The notes under the pieces are model-generated. The model saw only the letters and a program-made list of their open reading frames with translations. It was not told the origin of the DNA and did no database searches. Positions 7,424-20,000 of a stretch of 20,000 bases of DNA are shown one piece after another (position 1 is the first letter of the stretch; the number at the start of each line of letters is the position of its first letter). The DNA is taken from assembly GCA_002245135.1 (NCBI GenBank), contig NGBS01000597.1, positions 122,756 to 142,755 on the forward strand. Reading direction: 5' to 3'. The translations under genes were made by a program, and so were the position numbers. The DNA comes from Proteromonas lacertae (lineage: Eukaryota).

Positions 7424-10400
7424 TCATACTCTTTTACTACTGTTTTTCTTTTTAGCGTTTTTGGTTTTATTTTTATGAGGTTTTGAATCTTTTGTCTTTA
7501 ATTCATCAACAACTTTTTGAAGTTCTATCATTGCTTTATCATTATGATTTACTTTTACTCCCTTTTCAGCTATTGGGTTAGATTTGGTAATTTTAGGTTT
7601 GGATTTAGATTTTGATGAATGAGATTCAGTTTTTCTACATCGACATAGCATTATTCCAATTATTATTATTATCAATACCACCACTCCTCCACCTATTATT
7701 CCTATTAACATCACTGTTGATAAACCACTACTACTACTATCATCTTCATCTCCATTATCATTAGAATTTGTTGGATAGACTGGCTTTTCTTCTACTTTTA
7801 TTACTTCAACTTCCACATCTTTGAATATTGTTTCATCAAATAATTCACATTGTGTTTTGATTTCTTCATTTAATTTGTGGCTATTCATCATTTCTTTTGC
7901 GATTTCTATGATTTTATCTTTAGTTAATTCTTCAGGAACAGTCACTATTACTTGAATATTCATTTCATTTTCTAATCCTCTCAATAACATCTTTCGATTA
8001 CTATTACTTACTACTTCTATATCATTTCTTGTCAATCTTATACTTTCATTTTTGTAGATTTCAATTATTGAATCTTTTATTATATTTTTATCATTCTCAT
8101 TCAATTCATATGAAAAACTATCGGAAATATTGGAGATTCTAATTTCAATACCAATTCTTTCTATTGGTTTTGGTGTTGTTGGAATAATTGTTGTTGGTTT
8201 TATTGTTGTAGTTTCAGGAGTAGTTGGAGATTCAGTTATTGTTGGATTAATTGTGGAAGTTGGATTAGCTGTAGATGGATTGATTGTTGTTGGAGGAATA
8301 GTAGTTGGTTTTGATGTTGTTGGTTTTGGTGTTGTTGGATTTGATGTTGTTGGTTTTGGTGTTGATGGAGGAATAGTAGTTGGATCGATTGTAGTTGGTT
8401 TTGGTGTTGTTGGAGTTGGAGTTGTTGGATTAACTGTTGTGGGAATTGGTGTTGTTGGAGGAATTGTTGTTGGTTTTGGTGTTGTTGGAGTTGGGGTTGT
8501 TGGATTTGATGTTGTTGGTTTTGGTGTTGTGGGTTTTGGTGTTGATGGAGGAATAGTAGTTGGATTTGATGTAGTTGGTTTTGGTGTTGTTGGAGTTGGA
8601 GTTGTTGGAGTTGGAGTTGTTGGATTAACTGTTGTTGGATTTAGTGTTGTTGGTGGTGGAGTAGTTGGTTTGGATGGATCTCCATTATGAATATCTACAC
8701 TTAAATCAAAACATTTATTATCTACACCATAACTTAATGGAGATTCTACACAAATATTCACTGTTTCAATTACATTATTATCTACATTTCCTACACTCAT
8801 TATCACTTTATATTCATATTCATATGGTAAATATTTCACATTCTCAGATGATATCATGCTAATTATTACATTTCCACTTACTACTATCTTTGATGGATAA
8901 GGTAAACTAAATATCATATCAAATTCACTATTATCTTCGATATATCCAGAATAACTAACTGTATATGAGGGATTTACTTCTTTATTCACTATTTCTATTA
9001 TTTCTTTTTCATTTTCAGGTAATACATTATAATCAATTCGATTATAAGATTTATCAACACAACTATCTCTGTTTATTACTTCATTTATTGATTGAATTGA
9101 AAATTCATTTCTTGACCAACTTCTCACATTTATATTATCAGAACTAATACAGTTATTGGATGAAGATATTGATATATCTTTAGATTCATCTTTTATATCT
9201 TTTAACAACAAATATAATTTATATCTCTCTAATATATTCTCTTTGTATATCGGACTTAGACTAATCTCATTTCTATACCACACAGATTTCACTTTATTGT
9301 AATGTGGATTAGAATCTTCATCAAATGATATATCAACATTCTCCAATATTCCATATTCATCGATTATTCTTTTACTATTTTCATCATATCTTGGCATTAT
9401 TGAATAGTATAACTTTGATTTATCATCATTTACATAAAATCCATTCAAATATTTGTATGGCTTTTCTTTTATATCAGATTTTTCATCAATTATTTTGATT
9501 TCTTCATTGTTAAATAATCTTTCGATATTTATTGAACTTTTTCTTTCAATTATGACATTTTCAATTATACTTGGTTTTTCTGATCCATCACCATTTTGTA
9601 TATCTTTAAACTTACATGATATTATTAATCCATCATCTACACTTAAGCAACTATACACATTCTTTAACGATGATTGTGATTTGGTATATTTCGCCATCAT
9701 AAATATACTAGCTTCACTACTTTCTATATTCTTTATTAAGTGATAATGAATATAACTATTGGATAATATCACATTTGCACTATCTCCACCACTTTCAAAC
9801 ATTCCTCGAAATCCGATCACTTCACTTTTACCATTTAATAAACCTATTCTTATGTCACTCCAACATTCATCAACTATTTCTATCACATTACTTCGACATA
9901 AAAATGGACCAAAGAATCCCCAATCACCTACATCTATATCAGCTACTTCTCTTACTATTCCAAAACATCGATATAACTTCAAATATAATGATGTTGTTGT
10001 TGCATGAGCTACTGTTAAACTGTTGCTTATTCCTTTGATGGCTTTTACATTAAATGTATTTATATCACTATAACTGTATGAAATTATAAGATTTTCAGAT
10101 GAACCAAACAATAAACCTTCATGAACTTCATGATTTACATCTCTTGTTGATGTAAAACTATATTCATTCCCTTTCACAAATATTCCACTTATTTCTTTTC
10201 CTTCAATATTCTTTATCATTCCACTTATTAAGCCAAATGTTGATATATATGTATTGGAATTTATTGAGATTTTACCATCAAAGAATATTCCTACATGAAT
10301 CATTATCATATTCTCCATTGAATTACTTAATAAACCAAATACTTCTTTATCTTCTTTTTGAATTATTTCGATGTTGGAATTCACTTTCAATTCAACATTA

Positions 10401-13400
10401 TATAAATAACTATTTGACAATTTACTAAATATTCCATTGGAATTTAAATGTAATATATTTCCAGATGGTATTGATTCTATCACAAAATGAAGATGTTCAA
10501 ACAATTTACCATCTAAATTACCAAATAATTGAAGATTCTTTGATTCATCACTGTTTGTATCAAATTTTAATACTATTCTTGTTTCATCTCCTTTTCCTAT
10601 TAATTTGGAGAATTTTATACTCTCAGATGATGGAATATTCCAATCTTTCATTTCAACTATATATGATTTATCAAGTAGTATTTCATCTTGATTTTGAGTA
10701 ATAATTTTATAAAAATCATTTCTTGGTGGTAATGTTGTTGGTTTTGGAGTTGTTGGAGAAATAGTTGTTGGTTTTAGAGTTGTAGGAGTTGGTGTTGTAG
10801 GTGGTACTAAAGTTGGTGGATTTATAAAACATTTACTATCATCAATCACACTATCCCAACCATTTGATAAACATTTTCGAATTTTGTAGCCATAAGTACA
10901 TTTCACCATCGAATTTCCACTTACATAAACTGAAGGAAATTCTCCATCATTTTCACATACGGATAATGACTTTTGATTCATCACAAATAACTTAAATTGA
11001 AGATAAAATCCCCATGTAGCCATAAAGTTATTAATACTTAATACTTCTAGTCTATAACTCTCAAATGACTTTTTGTTATTTAATAAATTGTATTCATGTT
11101 TATTATAACATTCTAATCCTGCTATTTCATCTCTATCTCCACCTATTTCAGTTAAACCCATATTCTCATTAGAATACAATTCGTTCCAGATTGGATTGTC
11201 ACTATCACTACTTCCAAATATCTTCATTGATTTGGGTTGAGTATTGGCATTGTTGGTACAACCAGCTATTGAAAATTCATTTATATAATGAGCTTCATTG
11301 TTCTTAAATGTATAAGTTATATTATATGGAAAGAAATTCTCAGGATGTTTATCATATTTATCATCATTATAGAATGCAATTGAACAAAAATCTTTTACTA
11401 CTCCTTCTTTTATCTCAAATGTTTTTTCCATTCCTTCTACATTATATCCCTTATCTTTTTCATTATCTGTTGCTGGAGTACAAACATAATCAACATTATC
11501 TACTCTTGATATTTGAATAGATGATGTAATTGAATTTGTATTTGATAATTCTAATACAAATAAATCACTTTTATCAGTTGGAATGGAATTTTCATGAATT
11601 TCAACTCCTATATAGTTTATTCCATTTTGAATTACTTCCAATGGAATTGATAATTGTCGATTATTAATATCACTTTTTAATGATAAAGTTGAAAAATCGA
11701 TATTACCAGATTTAAGATTTCTTCGGAATATTTCATATCCATTTACATAGATTAATAAACCATCATTATATGCAACTCTTATAGATGGAGGACCAATATT
11801 CTTTATATCTTCTATCATAAAGTAGCTTCTATAATATCTAGTAATCGATGATTTCTTATCAAATTCACTTGGCTTTCCAGATTTCCAATTCTCTTCATTT
11901 GGTGTGAAAAATAAACACCAAGAAGAATCTGTTTGACTAATATCTGTATATTCCCATTTTGTTTTATCTGTTATAGGTTTATTTGGATCAGATGGTTCTT
12001 GAGTTGTTGGTTTTGGTGTTGATGGAGGAACAGTAGTTGGAGGCATAGTTGGTCCTTCAATTTCACCTGAAGTGTCAATACTTATAAATGTTGATCCAAA
12101 CAAATCTGTATAACCTTCTCCTACTAATCTATTAAATTCTTCCATAACAAGTTGTGTATTTGGATTGAAATATGAAGTTAATTTCTTTGCATTAGCTTCA
12201 GCATCTGCAATTCTTACTTCCACTTTAAGATTATTTTCTCCTTCTTCTGTTTGTTCATCAATGAAATCTAATAAAACTGAAGATGGTTTAACAATAACAC
12301 CAGAAGCACTTAATGCACTATTCAATGATTGAGCAACCAATTGTTGGAATACTTGATAATGAAAACCAGATATATCAGATTTAGATTTTAATGGAATAGA
12401 CATATCGAATTTAAGATATACTTTTTCTGGTGGTGGTATTTCTTTATCATCTACAGCCACACAACTTGAATTATTTGGAGTTCCCCATCTACCAATTGGA
12501 ACTGATCCACTAACAGTAAATGAATTACATGGTCTTACTTCAGTACCTAAGAATCCAGTTGGACATAAAACAGCAGCTTCTGAACCATAATCAGTAGTAA
12601 TCCATACACCTTCACCATTACATTGGAATGTTTCGATATTCAATGAGATTAATTGACGAATAGAATCACCTTGAGCATTGTGAGCAACAACATAATATAC
12701 ATCACTACCACGAGGAACTGTTGTTGATACTTTACCAGATATTTTACCCGTTGTTTCATCAAGTGATAATCCTTTTGGTAATGCTGGAGATAAATCATGT
12801 AATCTATAAGAATCTGGTTCACCTTGAACATTAGTTGGACTTACTTCAAATGGTACATCATAATAGACATTATTATCTTTTGAAGCATATTGGAATGATG
12901 GAACATCTACCATACATCTACCTACTGGACTTTGCCATTTTGGATCTTCAACATTTGGACAATATCTACTTCTTTGACCTACTTTTGTTGAATCAGTACA
13001 TGCTAATACAGCTTGTGAACCAGCTCTTGTTTCTGGCCATTCACCTTCTTCTGGACATACAGCTAATACAACTCTAATCTTAAATTTTGTTTCTTTTTGA
13101 CCTACATTGTTTTTACCCAAAATTATAATATCACTGGGAAAGTTTTCTACTGAACTCATACCTTGTAAATGACCAGTGTTTTTATTCAATGTAATACCTA
13201 ATGGTAATGTACCTTCTCTTAAAGTGAATGATGTTGGCATACCACCACTTGTTCTCCTTGGTGGTAATGATTTATAGAAACCTACACTGAATGTTACATA
13301 ACCATCCTTCATTTCATATCCCCATACTTCTGGAGCTGGAGTTGTACAACCTGAATCATCTTCATCACCCCATGATGGATTTGCTGTATATGGACATCTA

Positions 13401-16400
13401 ATAATTATATGACCATTATAACCTTCTGGACATGGCTTTGTTACTTCTGTACCAGCTTCACCTGATGGTAAATCTCTACTTGGAATAGCTGCACACATTG
13501 CATCTGCAACTACAATTGTCAAAGGAGTAGTCATTTCTTGATTTCCAATTGCACTTATTACTATATCTGGATAAGTTCTTGTTTCTGTTGGTGCACCTCC
13601 TATTGAACCATCTGTATTTAATTCTACACCTGGTGGTAATGTTCCAGATTTTACTGAATATGTAATATTATTCTTATTACCTACTATTACTGGAACTACA
13701 TTTGTGATTGGAACGTTTTTATATGCATTTATATAACTAATCGAATAAGAGAAGGATGTTGGATTTGGATTTTCACATGTACTAATAGGATCTTCTAATG
13801 TTGGATTATATTTCAATGGACAATATCTACTGATTTTACCAATTTGTGGTAGAGGACAGTCTGAAGAATAATATTCACCTGCAGGAACAGTTCCTGAACC
13901 AGGAAGACTACATGTAGCTTGTTGTACATTTATAGTAATAGGTTCTGAAACACCATTAATTGAAAGTGTATATGTTTTTGTGCCAACTTCCTTTGGTATT
14001 CCTTTAAAACATCCAGTGATTGGTGAAACAACATAATCTTGTGGTGTTATTGTAAGAGAAGTAACAGCTCCAGATACAAATACTACACTACTGTTGAAAC
14101 TCTTAGAACAATCTACTTCAATATCTTTATAAAGTGTAAATGCTTTGTTTATATATGCAATTGTTCCTGTTGAAGTAAATGCTTGAATCTTTAATGCTTG
14201 AGTATATGATGAATCTCCATTTGCAGCTGTTAAACTAAATTCATATAATCCAACATTTGGAGTCTCACATGTTAATGTAGCTGTAGTCGAACTTGAGGTT
14301 AATGTACATACATTCTGTGGATCATCTTTACTCCAAGTGGTTACTTGTCTTCCAGATATAACTGCGGCTGTCAATGGACTAGTTGATCCTGCAGTAACTG
14401 CAAATTCTGTATTGATTTGGTCATTTAACGAAACTGTGAATTCTGGTGGTAATAATTTACATCCAGATGTATCTTCACCTTCCCATGAAGATTCATATGT
14501 AGTTGAACATCTTCTAGTTCTATTTCCTGAATAACCATTTTCACATGCAATTGAAGCAGAATCACCAGCTTTTGTTTGTGGCCATGTTCCATCTCTATAG
14601 CAATATACAATTATAACAGTAATAGCAACTGATGCTTTTAATTCTTTACCATCTTCTGTTGTTCCTGTAACATCACATGAATATGTTTTAGCTTCATTAT
14701 CATTCTCAATCATAGCTATACCAGATAATATACCAGTTTCTGATTCAAATGAAATACCCATTGGTAAACCATTTGAACATGATATATAATAGCTATTTAC
14801 ACCACCATTAGTAGTTGGTGAAACAGAACTAGCAAATCCTACTTTAAATGTTGTTGGTGTATAGGAAATAGATGTTGCATGACTTTGACATCCAGCTATT
14901 TCATTTTCCCAATTTGCTGTTACTCCATCTGAATTAGCTACACATTTACGAGAAATCCATCCACTTTGAGTTGAATTACATGCTATTCTGGCAGTATAAC
15001 CAGCTGCTGTTGAAGGCCATCTACCATCTTCTGTTGCATTACAATAAGCTGGTATACAATTGTATTGTAATAAATCTGCCATTTGATAACCATAAACTCC
15101 ATTTTCTGGTTGTTTTACACCTGCTATTTGTAATCTAAATGCATTGTATGATTTGTAAATATTATTTAGATTAAACTTAGTTTGTACTGCATTAGCTGAT
15201 GGTAAGTTAACAGATAATTGTGTATCAATCAATTCCCAATCATCAGTACCATATTCTGATGAACCATATACTCTCCATCCTGTTGGATTTCTATATTCCC
15301 ATCTATCATTAGCTGTCCAGAAGTCATACATATTGAAATATTCAGCTCTTTTATTTGGCCAATAAATATCAAAATTAACAGGATAATCTTCTTTTTCATG
15401 TGTTACATATGTTTTAGTACCATGGTTATTATCAATTGCTTTGCTAGCTTCTTCACCTCCATTTGTTGTTCCTGATGTATAAGCTTGAACACCATTCATT
15501 GTTGTTTTTAATGAACATTTACCTGTTTGAGTTGTTGAACTAGCTGTTGGTAATAAAGATGCTTTAAATGGATCATATGCTATACTGCTTCTATATCTAT
15601 GACATTCTACAGCCATATAATTCTTACCAGCCTTAATCAACATTTGTGGAATTACAACAGTTCTTGCTGCTATTGGATCAATTAATCTCTTTCCCCATGT
15701 TGTTTCTGTTACTAATCCAATTGGTAAACCATTTCTGTATATTTCTACTCCATTCAAATAAATGATAATACCAGAATCATGTGTTACTGATAAATCTAAA
15801 CTGGAAATAAATGTTAATTCATCATAGAAATTAAACTCTATTCCATAATAACTAGCTATTGTTGTTCTTGTTGGGAATAATCCTGATCTATATTTATTTG
15901 GCATATATGATTTATCTAATTCACTCTTCCATTTATCATTATTTGGCTTGCTATTTGAGAAATGCCATTCAGAACTATCTGTTAAATAACTTGTTAATGA
16001 AACTACATACTGAGTAGTTTTTACTGTTGTTGAATCATGTCTATATGTATCAAGTAATTGTGTTGCTAAATAAATATAGAAATTAGTATCAGATGTCCAA
16101 GAATGCTTATCAGAATTTCCAACTACTAATTCATATGCACCTAATGTAACACAATCTGACATCCATTTATCATGATTCAATATATTACCTGCATTGCTTA
16201 TAACATAGGATGATGATGAAAATGATTTGAATGTATAATAGTTTCTTGGGCATTCATTATCACATGTAAATCTAAATACAGCTAATTCTTTTGTTCCTGG
16301 ACATTGTTGATCTGCAATAATTTGAATTGTTGTTGGACTTGATTCACCACTTGGATTTATGGCTTTTAATGTTATAGAAATACCATTTCTTCCCATTCCC

Positions 16401-19400
16401 ATTGTTGTACCAACAACACATCCTGTTTCTTCACTAAATCTTAAAAATTCTGGGAATTCACCAGATTCTACTATTTCTATTCTACTTGCACCATTTTGAA
16501 TAGATGGACATAAAGAAACAATTTGACCTGGAATTACATTCACTTGAGGTGTTGGATAAACTAAAATTGGTGGAGCATTTACTGTATTTCCATTAACAAC
16601 ATATGCATCTGTAGTCCAAGCACCATCAGTATTATTAGCTGAATATACAACCAAATTATCCATAGATATTCTAAACCAACCACCACTAGCAGCTCCTCTT
16701 CTTGTAAATGTTACATTGTACATATCTGGTGTATTACATTCAGTGTAAATATATTCTTGAAATCCTACTAATCCAGAACCTTGATGAAGTAATATACCTC
16801 TGCTATTCATTAATTGAACAACTACATCAGCATTTTGTATTGTATATTCAAATCTTAAGAATTTCATTGATCCTGGACAACCTGTTACTGTAATTGATAC
16901 TTTTGCTTCTGTTGATCCTGATGGATTTGATGCTTCAATTGTCACTGGTTCACTCCATTGTTCATAAGGAATGCCAGATATTTCACCTGTATTAGGATTA
17001 AGTGATAAACCTGTAGGTAAAGGTGATTTTAATGTATAAACTACACCAATCGCATTATCCAATGATGGAGATATTGAATTAACAGTAACTCCATTTACTG
17101 TTAATTGTCGACCAATACTTGTTGATATTGTTGGATATACTAAGTTTTGTGGATTGAATCTTTGTTCAACAGTAAATGTAATTTGAGTTGTATAGGTTGG
17201 TAAACTTGCATCTGATGAACTAGATGCTGTAATTGTATAAGTTGTTTCTAATACACCAAGATCAGTTGGAGTACCTGATATAACACCTGTTGATGGATTA
17301 ATCATTATACCTGATGGTAATAATGGATTGATTAAGAAATTGTTATATTTTGATGATTGTACTTGGAAGAATATTGGTTCATTACTTTTAATTGCAATAC
17401 CACTTACATATGTTGCCAATTTATAAGTATATTCTAAATAACCTTCTGGTACATGAAGTAAATATTCAAAATCAACCTCTTTTCTACTGAATGGATAATT
17501 TCCACTATCATGTGTCCATTCAAGTGAATGTGATTTATTACCTGAATTTTGTGCTTTACCAAATAATATACCAAAATATGTCAAACCACCATTTTCAAAT
17601 TTTATTGTTATATCCCTACTCTGTGAACCACAAGCTGTATTTTTATTTGAATAATAAGCACTTTCACTTGCTATATATAATCTTGACCAATCAGTTGCTT
17701 CAGCATGAAATGTATATTCTCCTGCTTCGGGTATATTAAGATAACCTTTCCAATAAGCAACGAATGAACTTTTAAAATCATTAGTTAAACCATCCCAAAC
17801 AGCAGCGCTTGATGGGAATTGTACACCTTTAGTTTCATATCTTGTAAATTTCAATGTTAATTGTTTAGGAACTTTATCAAGATCAATAATATCACATCCA
17901 ACATTTCCACTATAATAATAACCAGTTACACCTCTTGATAAACTATTTCCATTATTATCTAATATACCAAATGATATTTTAATAACTACTGTAACTACAT
18001 TTGTAGCTGTAATTGTATATTCTCTTCTGTTGTATGCAATTGTTGGAGTACCACTAATTACACCATTGTTAAACACAACTCCTGGTGGAAGATCTGGTTC
18101 AATTCTCCATGTTTTAACTGGTCCAACAAGAGTTGGAGTAATTGGTTCTATTTTAAGACCTTTTACAAAGATAAAATCATTTGTAGCATACGATACTTTC
18201 TGTAATATTGAACCTGTTGGTCTGGCAAATGCACTATCAGGAATACTAGTATAATCTGTAATTCCAGCATTTCTACTTCTCCATTTTATATCATAATATT
18301 GTGCAGTTCCACCATTGTAGAAATAAATTGCTAATTTTCTATAACCAGCTTGTAATGTCTTTGTATATGTGCCTGCTGCATTATAACTACCTGTCATAAC
18401 ATTTGCAACATTCATATCATCAATAAATACCCACATTTCATCATCTCCTTGTATTTTAAACTGCCATTCACCTCCTGCTGGAATATTAATATAACCTGTG
18501 AATCTAGTAGCATAATATTCTTTTCCTATAACTGATGAACTTGAATCTCGAACTGGATAAGCAATTTCATATGGTGAATTTCTTCCACTTAGTGTAGAAA
18601 ATGATGTTGGTATATCTACTTTTGTCACAGCATAATCACCTTCATTCCATTTTCTCATTAATTCAGATATTCCTATTGAACTAACTCCGCCATTTTCAGT
18701 CACTTCACCATCTAATTTACCATCATCCATAATTGCTTCTACAACTTGTAATAATAAATTATATTGTGGTGAATTTCCTGCTGGATTTACTGCATTCATA
18801 ATTATTGAAACTGGTGATGGAGATATTGTTGTTGCTATACCTGTTATTGATCCAGTTGTTCTATCAAATTTCAATCCTGCTGGCAATGATGCTTCATTTG
18901 ATATCATGTAACTATCAACAACACCAATACATGTTGGTGCAAATATTTCTGTTTCAATGTTTTGACCTACTTGCATTACTGAATTACCAAATGCATATGA
19001 AAACTTTTAATTAGTTCATAAATTTTCAATGGGAAGTTCAATTCATCATAGCCTTTTCTTTCACTTGTAACATTTAATACATAAGTTGTTGGACTTAATG
19101 CAACTGATGCTCTACCTGTAAAAGATAATGTTCTTCCAGCTACATTAAGCGAAATACCAGTTGGTAATGATGGATATATTGTATAATCTACAACTGCTCT
19201 AGTACATGTTATTACTTTATTAACTAAATCACCTACTTTAAATGTCATACCTGTAATATCTTGACAACCTGGTGGTGGTAATGAAAGGCATTTGCTTCTA
19301 TCTGGACTTGTCCATATTGGGTTGCCATTCACTAATGAACATGTTACTGTTGCACTACCACTATATTCACCACCACATCTAATATTAATTGAATTACCAG

Positions 19401-20000
19401 CTAGTGTTTCTGGATATAAAATTCCTCCTACTGTTTGACTAGCACAAGTTGGTTGATCTACTGTCAACTGTAAAACTTGAGATACTGGATTTGTAGTTGT
19501 TGTTGCTGTGATTGTATATATTTGATTTGATACTTTTTCAGTTGTGCTCCTTTAATAATACCTGTATTTGCATCAATTGATACTCCAGTTGGTAATCTTG
19601 GTGATATTGAATAACCTGTTACTTCACCATTTGGATTTGGTGTATATTTCATATTTGCACACATATATGCTTAACTGGGTTAATAAAATCATAATTCAAT
19701 TGTGTTGCATCTGGTTTCTTTAAGCATCCACTTCTATCAATATTATCATTCCAATTACCCGTAGAATCACATTCTCTTCTTTGATTTCCATCATATCCAC
19801 TTTCACATTCAATTTCTGCATAATCACCTGCTAATGTTGCTGGCCATAAACCATCTTCAGGACAACTTGCTTGTCTACATACCAATAAATTGAATTCTGA
19901 AAAATTGAATTTGATTTGGACAACTAGCAATTCCACTCTTTTTATTTTTAATACCAACCCTTATAGCTTCATAAGCATATTTCTTAGTAGTTGTAACAGG
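7424..20000 (-). CDS. Giant type-I membrane adhesin/lectin-like protein (>4,190 aa; 5' end beyond window) with putative Ig (He_PIG-like) repeats, 2 PA14, galactose-binding/discoidin-like domains, 9 Cys modules, Pro/Thr stalks, TM helix and basic tail
   Basis: 3850-aa uninterrupted ORF (7424-18976). ORFs 18976-19467, 19464-19664 and 19649-19957, plus the frame at 20000, continue the same domain text across four single-base indels. Ig motif LPxG(L/I/V)x(I/L/F)(N/D)xxTGxISGxP recurs. PA14 motifs RFTGYINIPAGGEWQFKIQGDD and YWKGYLNIPEAGEYTFHAEATD. TM segment VMLIGIIGGGVVVLIIIIIGIML. Confidence 0.88.
7646..7714 (-). other. C-terminal transmembrane helix of the giant protein, followed by CRCRK and a Lys-rich cytoplasmic tail
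   Basis: 23 uncharged residues with acidic/Ser residues outside and basic residues inside. Confidence 0.88.
8165..8670 (-). repeat. Coding 15-nt minisatellite encoding a mucin-like pentapeptide stalk (PTTPK/PTTPT/PTTSN/PTTIP/PSTPK)
   Basis: About 30 degenerate units such as ggttttggtgttgtt and ggagttggagttgtt on the plus strand, with higher-order block duplications. Confidence 0.93.
10725..10820 (-). repeat. Short Pro/Thr pentapeptide linker (PPTLVPPTTPTPTTLKPTTISPTTPKPTTLPP)
   Basis: Same 15-nt unit family as 8165-8670. Confidence 0.85.
11990..12055 (-). repeat. Short Pro/Thr pentapeptide linker (PTMPPTTVPPSTPKPTTQEPS)
   Basis: Contains tggttttggtgttgatggaggaa, identical to units in the main stalk. 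Confidence 0.85.

Noticed and set aside
7236..7427. 63-aa minus-strand ORF overlapping the giant gene stop (ATGA)
   Set aside because: Low-complexity AT-rich translation of a probable 3' UTR with no supporting motif.
4620..7430. Polyadenylation-created stop codons with the downstream TGTTTGTT motif known from Blastocystis
   Set aside because: All four complete gene ends have genomic stops, and I saw no such motif next to them.
8165..8670. Repeat array as CRISPR-like
   Set aside because: Tandem in-frame 15-nt coding units with no unique spacers, in a eukaryotic context.
8130..8690. 186-aa Val/Gly-rich plus-strand ORF
   Set aside because: Antisense shadow of the Pro/Thr repeat, which lacks stops on the opposite strand.
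8665..19014. Many 60-96 aa ORFs overlapping the giant gene
   Set aside because: Antisense or out-of-frame shadows with no recognisable motifs.

Overview
AT-rich, very compact eukaryotic genomic DNA read with the standard code. Its tiny GTAT...TAG introns (25-57 nt) and its Ig/PA14/Cys-module surface protein suggest a Blastocystis-like stramenopile, which is an inference. From left to right the window holds: (1) the 5' part of a WDFY3/Alfy/LvsA-type BEACH-family gene (minus strand, running off the left edge), broken by three +1 frame discontinuities; (2) a 32-codon upstream ORF; (3) a spliced 42-aa membrane microprotein gene missed by the ORF track; (4) EEF1AKMT1/N6AMT2 with 4 exons; (5) FANCL with 5 exons; (6) a giant (>4,190 aa) type-I membrane adhesin-like gene with no detectable intron, whose 5' end lies beyond the right edge and carries four indels. 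The strongest unusual signal is in FANCL. Its RING finger is complete only if a 50-nt intron with no usable GT-AG ends is removed, and that intron has U12 (minor spliceosome) signatures with AT-AT termini. Two of the three BEACH-gene breaks also coincide with AT-AC/U12-like motifs. Stop-codon +1 frameshifting and assembly indels remain competing explanations for those breaks.
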